Source: Catajapyx aquilonaris (lineage: Eukaryota). From it: a DNA stretch of 41,004 bases. The translations under genes were made by a program, and so were the position numbers. Shown here piece by piece: positions 11,663 through 23,933 of this stretch; the first letter of the stretch is position 1; each line of letters starts with the position of its first letter. The stretch is from positions 1 through 41,004 of the forward strand of contig JYFJ02003480.1 in the NCBI GenBank assembly GCA_000934665.2, written 5' to 3'. Under the pieces are notes generated by a model that saw nothing but the letters and a program-made list of their open reading frames with translations, did not search any database and had not been told where the DNA came from.

Positions 11663-14600
11663 ATGACAAATGAAGATGGTCAACTTTCATCAACTAGCAG
11701 ATTTGGAGGTGAATATTCAAATGCTATGTCTTCAAGCAAAGTGAGTTCAACCGGAGCATCATATGGAAAAGATGGAGAAGAGTAAGTGCTTTCTTCACCA
11801 GCAAGTATACTGTAGGATTATTGTCGAAGCACAATGCTGTTTCAGGGAAGTACCCATTTCGCCTGCAAAAAAACCGCAATATTTGAGGCTGCTATCCTCT
11901 CCGCACGAACAGTGTCTTCGAGCCGTACCAGAAATTTCAGTAGCTAATTTAATACTACAAGAAGTGGACTACGTTTTGGATCAGCATGGCGATAGGATAT
12001 GGGTGGTAAGCCTATGCATTCCCTTGAATACTGTATTTTATATAATTCTCCTTTTGAAGGGGTTGGCAGCAAAAAATTTATCTCCAAAAATTCGATTGCC
12101 ATAGTGTTTAAAATGTAATTAGACAATCAGTTGTAGAGTTTCCCAGTTAAAAATCAAGAGTTATCGACCTAAGTTTTTCTCGATTATCTCGGAAGTGTCA
12201 AAAATGGATGCAAATAAATTTTTCCGTCAATTGCTTTATTTACTGTAGAATATCTCGTATATCAGGTCAAATTAAGAGAAAATCTCCTATTATTCTGACT
12301 GTAGTTTTTCTGTATGTATCATAATGCTGATACTCTTATTTTCTGTACATTGGTAATTTCCAGACAGATGCATCAACGGGAGAGTCTGTGACCTATGAGA
12401 GAATAAATGAAATGTCCAAACGCGTGGCAAGTGCCTTAGCCAAGAAAGATTTCAGGAGCCAGAATGCAGTCATGTTCTGCTGCAAACACACTGCTTTCAT
12501 ATACCCTATTATGATAGGCGTTTGGCGTCATAATGGAATCGTCCGAACAATGAATCCAACATACGATGATGGTGGGTATTCCAAAATGTACCATGTCATC
12601 TGCTATAAAACTGGATTTGCCAGAAGTTGTTATTTACTAATTGAACACAAAATGACTCTCTTGTAGGCCTACTGATCGTATATAATCCATAAGCTTGATT
12701 TGAAATGATTAACAGTATGTGCTGTTAATCTTTAAAACCTGTTTTACAGACATGATACAGAAAGCTATAGAGGAAACACATACATCGATTATCTTGTGTG
12801 ACTTAGACGACGCTTCAAGATTTCTCAAGATGTCCCGATACGTCCCCTGGAAAATAGACGTTTTCGTTTTCGGAAGCGCTGATGGCTGTGGATCTGCATA
12901 TGGCTTGTTTTTCGACAACGGTCATGGTATAAAAAAATATCTATCATTTTACGTGTAACCATCAGCTATCACGGACCTATACATTACAATAACTTAGGTC
13001 TTAGGATATACTGTACCTTACAAAGGTTCCACAGATAAAGGACTTTTCTAATATTTTGTCAATTAAGATTTGATGCTCTTCATAGGGTTTCATCAAGGAG
13101 GTAACCACTTCGTGGAACCGGTGTACAGGGTCACTGTGGAGCCGTCTTGGAACCGGGTGGATCCATATGGAACCAGGTGGAACTGGGTGGATCCAACTTG
13201 GAACCTGTGGAACCACCTGGTTCCAGGAACCGATGTACACTTATTTGGGGAGTGGTTACCCCCTGGGGGGGGGGGGGGGTGTTTCATGGTAGTGCATGGA
13301 TCTCAGTAATTTATTTGCTTAATCACATGTAAAGAGATTGCTTAATTATTGACATATTCAAACACTTGGTAGACCACGCTTCAGTGATATGCATGTACTG
13401 ACAGATTGTCCCGACATAAGACCAAATGTAAGATCAGACACAGCCATCATATTCTGCGTAGGAAGACACGGAAATACATTACGACAAGTGGCCTACTCTC
13501 ATTTAGGATTGGCCAACTCCTTCATTCACATCAGGTAAGTCTTACCAAAAAATTTGCCCATCTGAAATCTAGTGTCAACATGTTACACCTAGAAGAGACG
13601 CATTGCCACAACAATTACCGCTGTCAGCATTTCCATCCCCTCTTTACATGATGGAGAGTGTCATCCAAGGATTTCTTCACCTAATGAGAGGTGAAACAAT
13701 GCTGACATTTTCAGAATTAAAGCGAGAAAACCTAGTGAGAGATCTGAAGAAGTATAAGGTACACGAATATTTTTGACATTAATTAATTGCGCTAATAACC
13801 TTTTTACAGCCGACCATCTTGATGGGCTATCCAACTTACTTAAGATGGCTGCTAGACGAGTCTGATGATGCCTTTCCTTCCATCAAGTATGTCAAGATTC
13901 TCGGACAGGGCCTTCGGAGTTATGAAAGTACAGCTTTGAAAAAAAGGCTTAATTCATTGACAACAGTATTCAAGGTATGACTGTCTTCTGGAGCAAATGA
14001 CTCTTTAAAACCTGTCATAATGTTATATAGGGCCTATAAAATCTTTCTTTGCGCAGTTGTATGGTTTTCCTGAGTGTTTCACTGCAATATCTTCCCTGGA
14101 CCAAGGCTCTGTTGGACAAGAAATGCAAGAATATCAAGGTCAGTTAAGCAACCTCATATTGCAAATTTATTGCTAGTCAAATACAGTGTTGCTGAACTCA
14201 TTAATGCATTTCGGGGATTATCAAATACTGCAGGGAGATACGTATTGTACAGAACCTGGATATCAAAATGCTGCAATGATGACATTGTCCTCTATTTGAC
14301 AAATGCCATGTACAATATCAGATTAAAATCCTTGCGGACTATGACCGAGACCTCTGATTAGTCCTCCGCTTATTGTTGCCACCACCGCTTCCGATTGGCC
14401 CACGTTCTACGCATGCGCAATGGGGTAGAGGAACCCCTCAGTAGTTTGCTGGAGGTCGACGAGTCAACACCCCATCTCCCGTGAACACCTCTACACTTCA
14501 TCCCTCTCCCATCCGCACGCGCCGTGTTCTAATCACAGTGACCTCACAACAGGGGAGCAGGAGCGGGGAGAGGGAGGGGGAGGGAGGTATGGAAATCCGT

Positions 14601-17473
14601 AAACAAACCGAACCTACTCTACGATCGGAATCTGTTGTTATCAGTGCAGTGGTGACATTTCCATGGCACTCAATAAGCGCTTTATAAATAAAGTAAAATA
14701 ATATTTCAGTTTTTTAAACGAGGTCCTTACTACAGCACCCCCGCGCCCCTGGCGGGAAGAGTTGGTACCGGTAAGCAGGATTGGGCCAGATTTTCAACAC
14801 CGCCGAACCCTGGGATAGGCCGAGTATGTCAAGAGAAAGGGTTGGGAAGAATGAAACCAGTTTTTTGAGCATCTAATACAAACACTGTAGAGTTCCATGG
14901 ACGTTTATAATAAAGGTACTATAATAAAGGGGAGTTATGAGCAGTCAGAAAACGTGGCCGGAAAGTGAGCTAATAGCTGCTGGTAGAGGTGATGAATTTC
15001 CGTTAATGCATTTATAATTTTGTTATCATTCAAAAGTTATCGGTATGTTGAGGTGGGCAAATGCATATGTCTCAGTCAAGGCAAAGGTCGGGTAAGTCTG
15101 GAGTGATTTAAAATAGTGTTCACTGCAGGCCGTAGGCCTAGAAAAACGCTAGTGGAGTGAGTGGTTTTCTACGCCTGCGCCATAGAAAAATCCCAGCGTA
15201 GCGAGGGTTTTTATAGTGCAAATTTTAATCTTATTGAGCTCTTCATTTACAGATATTCCATATGCAAGTTACGGGAAAGTAACACCCAGAATTAAGGCCA
15301 AGGTAAGCCTGCTGTAGATATTAATGCCCATCATTCATAATCACCAAAATATGGAATATGCACTTTATAGGTGGTGAGTATTGAAAATGGGGACATTTTG
15401 GGTCCTAACAAAGTTGGAGAACTGTGTCTTAGCGGATCGCCTCTCATGAAGGAATATTTTGGAGACACGGAAGTAGGTTTGCATATTTTATTTTTTAATA
15501 TGATCGACAATCTATGTGGCAAGGGATACCGGGACAATAGTCAATGCTATACTGCTATGGCCGATATAAACCAAGAATATTGTTAAAATACTGTTTAAAA
15601 TACCCGCATCAGTACAACCAGGGTCCCCTACATGGTTGCCTCCCCCACCCTAACCAGGGTATTGTCTTCACGTAGTCCTTATGCAATCTAGCTCCAATAT
15701 GGCCGCCCCATGCTGCAGGATAGGGAATTGGCAAGCGATTCGTTTTTGTTTTTTTCAATTGTTTTTTTTTCACTGCATGTAGCTCCTATGTGAATTAGCT
15801 CCAATATGGCGGAGAGACAATACCCTGTCTAGGTGGGGGAGGCACTCACGTAGGTGACCCTGAGTACAACTACTCGTATAGCAGTTCTTACTTCTTAGTA
15901 ATCAAAAATAGCAATAATCATTTTCATCTCACTTGCATCAACGTTGAATCAAGAAAGTTCGATGTGTTGTTATGGCACCAATAACAAATAATATTTATTG
16001 ATAAATACAGGATAGTGTCAACTCAACTTGGATTTCTTCTTCTCGGAGCTCATGTCATACGAGGAGCTCGAAAGCAAAAGCACAGCTAAGTCCATAATAA
16101 GAGATTTTACAGTAGAACTGAAAAACTATTTGTCATCTGGAAACGGTTGCAAACTGAAAGTAGATGATAGAGGGAATCGTGAGATGGCATTTTTTTGCAT
16201 TTTTAAATGTAAGTTTTGAAAATAGTGGATTGGTAGTCTAGCCACAAATTAGGGGGTCGGTTTGGATCTAGCTGGTTTTGCTTGGGAGCTCTTCTTATTC
16301 TCACAGCATACTGTATGCAGCATCACGTGCATACAACAGGTGCAGCGTCTTTTATATCACGTAATGGAGAATACAATAGTTCGCTTACAAAATTAAAACT
16401 TTACTGATATGCTGACATTATGGGCTACATGGATTATAGGAAAACATCTGACAGGTTCAATTAGTTAACATATTTTACTCAGAACATACAACATGCAGTC
16501 AATGGGCCCCAAACTAAATGATTACACCCCCTCCCCCACCCTCATGAGATAATTATGTGCACCTTCCTTAACATCATCATGCCAGGCATATGTTGCAACT
16601 GCGCCAATTATCATTAGCATATTGCCTGATTTGCAACACAATAATATGCCTGCACATTGCATTGGCACAAAAAATGAATGACATAGAAATGAGATGAGAC
16701 ATATGTCTGAAATTCGATATCAACAACTGGTCCCTGTGTGCTGTGTCCGTCCTCTGCTGTGTAATAAATTATAGGGCCCTGTAAATCCGTATTTTAAAGT
16801 AAGGCTTACATGTCGTAACACTGTTACAGAATGTTGAAGACCCTTTTCAAGAGGGCTGGTACCATACTGGTGACCTTTTTCATTTCGACGACGACGGTTT
16901 CCTGTTCTTTGACGGCGTCAAAAAGGACGCCATATACATCGCAAATCGATATGTAAGAGCTGTGTCTGAATAGCTTTGGAGGACTGAATAATTCAACAAC
17001 ATTATCATGACTGTGCAGGTGACTGGGGAACACATTGAGGAAATCCTTCTGAAACATCCGGCCATATCAGATGCTTGCGTCATTGCTGTCGACAGTCAAC
17101 TAAACGACGGAAAGTCTGTCCACCGAGCCTACGTCACCGTATGTGCTGAAGACGACTGGGTCTTGGGTGTCAAGTATATTAAATCATTTGTAGAAGGTAT
17201 GCACTTCGGAAATAATTGCAACCTACAGCATCCTTATTAATCATTTGCAACATAAATGCAGAAAGGGCAGGTGCAGCGTGCGACCTCTCAGGTGGAGTTA
17301 TCTTCATGGACACAATGCCCCTAACTACAGTTGGAAACCGCTCTAGAGAAACTATCAGAAACATGCGAGCATCTGGATACGACTTGAAAGTGCACCATAA
17401 AGTGTATGTATACACAAAAATAGTCACAAAGCGTCTACACACTAAACGCTGTAAGACCGCTGCAACTCACTGA
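11663..17473 (+). CDS. Firefly-luciferase / 4-coumarate-CoA-ligase-like ANL adenylating-enzyme homologue with degenerate catalytic motifs, 623 aa, 13 exons
   Basis: Exons 11663-11781, 11846-12005, 12364-12571, 12750-12926, 13405-13534, 13593-13758, 13810-13974, 14057-14138, 15253-15302, 15371-15472, 16830-16952, 17019-17196, 17262-17473; all GT-AG with consistent phases; 1872 nt, no internal stop. Family motifs: TDASTGESVTY, MNPTY, LYGFPE, LGPNKVGELCLSGSPLMKEY, GWYHTGDL.HFDDDGFLF, IEEILLKHPAISDACVI, LSGGVIFMDTMP. Confidence 0.9.
13097..13263. repeat. Small inverted-end element with internal GGAACC/GGATCC array (MITE-like)
   Basis: Ends ggaggtaaccactt (13097-13110) and gagtggttaccccc (13250-13263) are imperfect inverted repeats around repeated tggaacc(a/g)ggt / ggatcc units; followed by poly-G; in intron 4 of the ANL gene. 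Confidence 0.5.
15619..15862. mobile_element. MITE with 8-bp TSD (hAT- or P-type)
   Basis: ~50-bp imperfect TIRs CAGGGTC(C/A)CCTAC...GCCTCCCCCACC...CAGGGTATTGTCT; perfect TSD agtacaac at 15611-15618 and 15863-15870; in intron 10 of the ANL gene. Confidence 0.9.
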
Positions 17474-17582
17474 CATATATGAATTGTTTTACTAGTTATC
17501 AATACGCAGCTATAGGCGGCTGAAAATTTTCCACTAATGGGTTATCAGAGGCGCATAAGGGATCCTAGAACGAGAAAGCTTC

Positions 17583-18427
17583 TATTATTGATTCAACCCG
17601 GGAATAGTAGTAACGTCACAATGGGCAACAACGGCTGTTAACAATGGGCCGTATTCAGAGTCGTTCGCTAATGCAGCGCAAAAGTCCACACTAACTAGTG
17701 CGACGCTAGGTCCGCATTAGCGCCACACTAGTTGCTCCCATTCAGAGTCGCCTCACTGCCTGCTTAGAGGAGCGCACTAAGTTCGAACACTGCACTAGCG
17801 AGACGCGGTGTTGCCACGATTTCACAGGCAGGTTTTCGGACACCGTCTGTGCGATAAATGGGCTTTTAAATATTGATGCATGTCTTTTTCGATTTTAGTA
17901 CATTTTATAGACCTGAAAACACATTTTAGATGATTAAATAATTAGTAATGACGAATTTACGCAAAAAAAAATCGGAGCTGGGGTCGGCGGGTGACGATCT
18001 TCATTCGTGCTTCATTTAATCTTGATTTAATCCCCAGTGCGATGATATTCATTTGTTTCCCCAGGCTGGGGAAACAAATGAAGATTGAGAGCCAAAAATC
18101 GATTAGCAGCAGTTTAAAAAGCTGCTAAGTTATTTTCAAACTACCGCCACTGCCTAGTTCGATGTTAGTTCGACGCAAAAGAAGGGGGTCCCCTTCACTA
18201 AGTTTTGCCTTAGTGCACCGCTTTAGCAGGATCACACTAAGTCCGCACTAGGCCCGAACTAGGCCTAAAGCGCGACTCTGCATGCGACTTTTCTTAGTGA
18301 ACTGGGTCACGTGGTTTAAAGCACTGCACTAAACTCTTGTTGTTGAGAATATGGCCCAATGTCAATTATGAACATAGCAATTAAAGGCACGTGACGTCAC
18401 TACCATTATCTTATTGAATCAATAATA
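17583..18427. mobile_element. Outer MITE hosting a nested insertion
   Basis: Perfect 14-bp inverted termini tattattgattcaa / ttgaatcaataata, extending imperfectly to ~37 bp (aatagtagtaacgtcac / gtgacgtcactaccatt). Confidence 0.6.
17646..18357. mobile_element. PIF/Harbinger-like MITE
   Basis: TIR GGGCCGTATTC / GAATATGGCCC (10/11 match); 3-bp TSD AAT on both sides; many subterminal GCACTA/TAGTGC motifs. Confidence 0.75.
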
Positions 18428-19146
18428 ACAAACTAATGCTCAGTATTCAAGCCAAACAGTAAAATATATATTTTGTTTTCAACTGTGAAATGTTCAGGTA
18501 TTTACCATCATTATTTTATCCAGGGAGAAAATTTTAATGCTAATATTCGGTGTTACAAAAAAAATAGCCAAACAACGATTATTTCTTGGCAAGGTCATTT
18601 TGTGAGCAAGTGCTGTATACATGTCAAAGGAATAGGTATACATTTCTGTAATACCCAAATTGATTGCCAATAAGACAATACTCTTTCTCAGAACGTAAGG
18701 TCGAAGTATAAAATATTAATATCGTGGGGATTTCTCGCATTACTGGTTTACACAGTACCGCCGTACCGGTACCGGTACTTACAATGTACGAGGTGATATG
18801 CTTCCTAAGTTGGCACCTTCAAAACTTACGCGGCGTATTTTTAAAATGCATACTACATCCCACCGATAGATCCAGATGTGCACGCAATGAAATGCACATG
18901 ATGGTTGGAACAAGTTTTTATCTGCCTGATTGTAGGAGGTGTAAATGTAGGCAACACACTATCCCATATTCAAACACATGTTAGTGAAAATAGTGTAGTA
19001 CTACAGTACGCTGGACCTCTCTGACTTAGAGGTTCTTAAATATTTCTAACACAGATTGTGGTGATTTCGTTTCCATTATGGAGATAAGATAATATTAATT
19101 TTCGTTTCGTCGCGAAGAAAAATAGTACACAGTTACTAGAAAACTG

Positions 19147-19194
19147 ATGGTGGTGTGCTACCCCCCTAAAAAGGCTCCGCCTTATCACGGGGTA
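19147..19194 (+). mobile_element. Remnant 3' tail of the SINE/LINE family seen at 40329
   Basis: atggtggtgtgctacccccctaaaaaggctccgccttatcacggggta aligns with the SINE tail atggtggtaatccacccccctatagacgaaacaggtcatcacggggta. Confidence 0.55.
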
Positions 19195-20214
19195 ACGTAG
19201 GCTAAATACTCGTAAATAATTAAAAAAAATCGTTTCGTCACCCTCATGATTCTATGAACATCCTTCTGGTCATGCTTATGCCCCATACTACCAGTGATAT
19301 CCGTGTTAATAAGGGCTGGTGAGAGGTTGTGTTCTTCTTCGTCAGCTTCAATTGCAGGCCCCGAAACATACGATATTATTTTTTAAATCAGGCATGTAGT
19401 ACCTTCAGGTAGTAGTAGTATATAGTGAAATTGCAGTGTACTTATTAGCACGTAAATCAGCTGTTCATGATTAATATTTAACTCTTCATGCCACAAACCT
19501 CACAGAGACCTGTTGCATAAGGTGGTGACCTTGAAACGCTAACCACGTGACATTTGATGAGTTATTCAATGTGTCACGTGCGTGGGCGACGTTTCCATGG
19601 CAGTACACAGTGTTGCTAACTGTCAGATGAGTGAGTTAGTAGCTGCTTAATTGCGTCAGGAAGTTGTACATATTGCAAATAAAATTGATCCAATATTTAA
19701 TATTCATGTCCTTTCCAGGAAACCTCGTCGTAAGGCGTTTTTCTCTCTGATGTGTGGATGTAAATAAAAGGGGCAGCAAAATACGACGTCATCCATAATA
19801 ATTAATGCCAATTTGTCGCATTAAAATGTTTAACCTAATCGTCCTAGTTTGCTGAAATTATTCAATCCTACCTTATACCCTTTGCACCTTCACAATATGG
19901 GAATGCCCTGGAAGCAAATGCCTCATCACGCCACATTAGTCGTTCATTGAACTACCAAAGTAACAATCTGTAACCTTGACCACATTTGCAATAGACTTTA
20001 GCAGTTGCTATATTAGGTTGAACAATGCACATGAATATTCTAATTTGACCTGCACACGACCACCAGACGTCCTGATTGTGAATTGCAAAAAAAAAATAAT
20101 AATTTAATGTATCCTTATAACGGTAGCGGGTTTTTGAAATAAATACTATATCGCTCAATATTGAACATATATACCTTATAGTAATAATTTGTAGCTACAA
20201 AGTATTGCATAAAA

Positions 20215-20705
20215 TCGTAGTTCTATAAAACCTAAAATTGCCTATTTCGGGCGTTGGGACCTAAATGGCCTATTAGCGCCTATTTTCATCTATTTACGCC
20301 TTTTGACGCCTTTTCGTAATATTTTCGGCAGCTTTTACGTGCTTTCAGTTCAAATCATCCCTCCCGGTTCAACCTGTGAATAGTGAAGAAGCTATAGCCT
20401 AATAGACATTGCCGGATGAACTGGCTTTTTTTTATCCACTTGCTTTGTGTGATATCGAAAGGTCATTTTCAGCGTACAAAGTTGGACCGTCACACACGCA
20501 TCGCCGACAAATAATAATAATAAACTAAACTATGGAACAACTGCTAATTTGTTACTCTGTTGCAGAATTACATGGTCAAGAGTTTACTGAGGACCTGCTC
20601 GATTTTTAGTGCCTATTTAAGAGCATATTTTAACTGTTTTCATGATCTAAATGCCTACCTATTTGAGGTTTTTTTTTTAAATAACCTATAGAAATCCGTT
20701 CTGTG
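20215..20705 (+). mobile_element. Decayed hAT-like element with transposase C-terminal remnant
   Basis: 20448-20480 reads CDIERSFSAYK, like the hAT-type S.DVERSFS.YK motif; both ends carry repeated gcctattt / cctaaa subterminal motifs. Boundaries approximate. Confidence 0.55.
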
Positions 20706-20997
20706 TTCATAATATTCATGATGTGGTGTTTTATCATCCCATTAAATGCCCATAAATGGCTACACTGTATACATAATACATTATGTGCTGCTGTATTATC
20801 GCTCTCTAAATTGCCAAAAGCTTCTGGTGGATTATGTTTTAATAACCAGCAAAATAAATAAAATAAAGTGCATATTTCGTAAAGTGGATAAGCAGCGGAT
20901 TGGGTGTTAACATTAGACTATTTACTCGTGATGTTAATGAGACTAGACCTAAAACAGTTAGCCTTATAGTTGTTTTGGCATCCACACACTCACTAAA

Positions 20998-21009
20998 TCA
21001 ATCACTGAC

Positions 21010-21046
<37 letters not shown>
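20998..21046. repeat. (TCAA)n microsatellite
   Basis: Run of tcaa units, degenerate on the 5' side. Confidence 0.9.
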
Positions 21047-21837
21047 GAAAAATGGCTAAGTTTTGGATGTCCCCTTTTAGAGATTCGAGAATCCAAAGGT
21101 GCATAAATTTCCTCCCTTATAAGAGCAGTAATTTTTACCTTACCAGAACTTTCCTCCTCTAAGCAGGGTCATAATACTCATAAAGGACAGGGACGCCCTT
21201 ATTTCCTGCTATTTCAATTCAATTATTAAGGTCATTAAAAGCAGCCTTACAAGTCATTTTACTGCGTTGTAAACTTTATATTTCTCTCTTTGAATGTATA
21301 TGCTGCGTAAAATTTGCATCGAGTTTTCCAACACCATTATTTTGTAATGCGAGTAATCACAACACAGTTGAACTGTAATGAGAGAAATCCTCAAAATACG
21401 ATTTCACTGTCAGCCTTTTATTCTAACTGTATTGAGAGTGTTTTAAATATATACAATAATCTCCTCTCGAATTCATTTTAAATATAGTTTGAATGACATG
21501 AGTATGGAAAATAGCTCTTAATAACCTTGCCAGTACAGCAGTACGTATCTATCTATAGGTAAATAACGCATTCCAAGGGAGGTACCTTCACCTATTCACT
21601 TTTGCACACAATTCGAATTAAGTACCCCGACCTTGGCCTTGCTCCGAATGAAACCAAGGCAGAAGCCATAAACAGGAAACATCATTTACTATTCCATGTT
21701 CCAGTGTGCACCTTTCACTGCGATATTGGCCTATGAATAAAATAGAGAAATATTGCGCTTCCCGGATCAAAAGCTAACAAATCCAATGGGAACTAATGTC
21801 AGACTCGAGGATGCGTGTCGGTATAGCCAGGATCACG

Positions 21838-21951
21838 TCAGTCGGTGAGGGTAGCTGCAGGTGCTAACAGGTGTGTGGGATACGTGTGGGCACGTGTATG
21901 TGTAATACACTAGGGATTACTATCGACGTCTCGTGTTCATCAGCAACCCAG
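21838..21951 (+). other. Candidate non-coding first exon (5' UTR) of the SLC6 gene
   Basis: Inr-like TCAGTC at 21838 and strong donor CAG|gtaagt at 21951/21952. The ATG-containing exon has a strong acceptor ttttcag at 23920, which implies an upstream exon. Confidence 0.5.
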
Positions 21952-23933
21952 GTAAGTCAAACCAGCTCGTTAAGTCACAATGTCAAGAAGGCATTATTGT
22001 GTATTTCTCATCGCTTAAAGCCCACTTTTGTTCCCCATTATCATTTATTGTGCTAGCAAGAATGGATCAAAGGGTATGCTGGTAAGTGACGATTTGGAAT
22101 ATTGAACTTGTCTTTTTGATGGCACTAAATGTATCATTTAATATCTCAGTACTAAATATCTACCAATCACTTGTTGTTGTTGTTTTTACTGAATTTTTGG
22201 CATTTGAATTACGTGTGAACAATTTTATTTTCAATGTCGTAACGAGCAGAAATTTGTGGTTTTACAATGCTACGCATATTACATTTTACTGCATTTTCAA
22301 AATGTGAAAATTTTAATCCTGATGAGTTCATTACCAACTCGTTTTTCATATCACGAGTTTTAAAAATGTACATATGGTGTGAATTCTAAACGTTTGAAAC
22401 GTCCATTAAATATTTAATCAGCATTAGAAACTAGTAAAATGACATCCCCCGCTTTTGGAATTTCAAGACTTCATATCCTCCTCTCTTTTACTAAAAGTTA
22501 GTCCGCATCCCGCCTTGCGCATAGGCATCCCAGTAAGCTCCACTACCTTAGGGCTGGATAGATGTGTCAGTGCAGGGTCAGTGTGAAATTCGCTCCCCAT
22601 GAGAGTATAATTTTTGTTAAATTATTTAATGTCCATTCGATGATAATAATTATGATAACTCAATAATGTGATTACTGGTCTTGTTCAGGCATTCGAATAA
22701 AAATACACGCCATCATAACTTCTAACGTATAATCGCGCCAAAAGTTATGGAGTGTAACCTAAAAGAAAAAATTGCGAAAGAAATGTAAATGATATCAAAA
22801 CATTTGATTAAATGTTTTCTCTGCTTCATCAAGTAGCCTTGTAAACGCCAGTAACCTTCATAAACTCACTCGCTAGAAAATTATTTTTTATCACCAGTTG
22901 CAGATTTTTTTTTGTGTATAGCTTATGGGTAAAAATTGCTATGAAATGCTTAGTGATGCATTCAGGTTTTTAAAGGCTACATACTTCCCCCTACATACTG
23001 CAAAATGTACAAGTCATTGCCATAGTACAAGTAGTTCGCCGTACTTGATCTGCACAGCAATACGAGGAAAAGTATTAGCATTGATGTCATTCACCCACAA
23101 GCTCTATAGGTTGGTTTTATACCAGGAAATATTTAAACATATCACCAAAGAATATCAAAATTGTCCCGTTGAGTCACCAATTTGACTCGCCTTGAATGAA
23201 TTTGCCTGCCTTTACGATACATTCCAATTGCACCCTGTATGCGACTGATCTTTAAAATAATACTCGCATCCTTATAGGAAGATGATAATAAAATCTTTTA
23301 CAAAAAAGGCCTACATGAACGCAAATTAAGAAGAAAATCGATTTTGCAGCATTATGCATTGTGAATACTTGTATTCATAAACCGAGATTTGCTGTCATAC
23401 AACCTGACCTAAGTGAACACTAATAACATGAAAAAAATGAACACCTGCTCAACGCCTATCTTAGCACCACTTACCTCCTTCATGTATAGCACCGCTCAAT
23501 TGATGTAGCCTACACAAATGTGAATCACTGTCAAGTCCGCATAAAAGCAGTTCCTACTCCCTCAAAATTCCCACCAAGGTATTCAAAAGTCGTCATCTCG
23601 AGACCTTGACACACGGAACGTGTGTAAGTAGTGAAGTTAACATTTCCTGAAATATTTATGGCTCAATGGGATAAAATTCGAACCGGGGGCCTCGTGCCAT
23701 CAAAAAGGACTTGTTACTATTTACAATGGCGTAGTCAATAGATTACGATGCATTGCATGCACATCCATTTAATCGTGTGGCACTTTAATGCATCGGATGG
23801 ATGGCTCTATGAAAAATAAATTGATGTTTTGCATGCACACTTGTATAGACTTTATATTAATTAGTGTTTAAAATAGGTAACATGGTCAACATTCCGTATA
23901 ATAGTTTAATGAATTTTCAGGCAAGGAAGCGAC

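Noticed and set aside
11763..12104. ORF-track start MEKMEK as the ANL start codon
   Set aside because: It gives a phase-1 donor at 11781 incompatible with the phase-2 acceptor at 11846; the ATG at 11663 in another frame fits.
13001..13332. Overlapping ORFs on both strands, and CRISPR-like appearance of the repeats
   Set aside because: These arise from a short GGAACC/GGATCC array inside an intron; there are no constant repeats with unique spacers, and the context is eukaryotic.
11663..17473. Functional luciferase / bioluminescence locus
   Set aside because: Homology is only at family level and the residues needed for adenylation are missing; nothing here supports light production.
22500..22600. 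GC-richer island with a small hairpin (cgca-tcccgcct-tgcg), possible structured RNA
   Set aside because: Could not build the P1/P2 pairings of an HDV-like fold or assign any RNA family; likely a repeat fragment.
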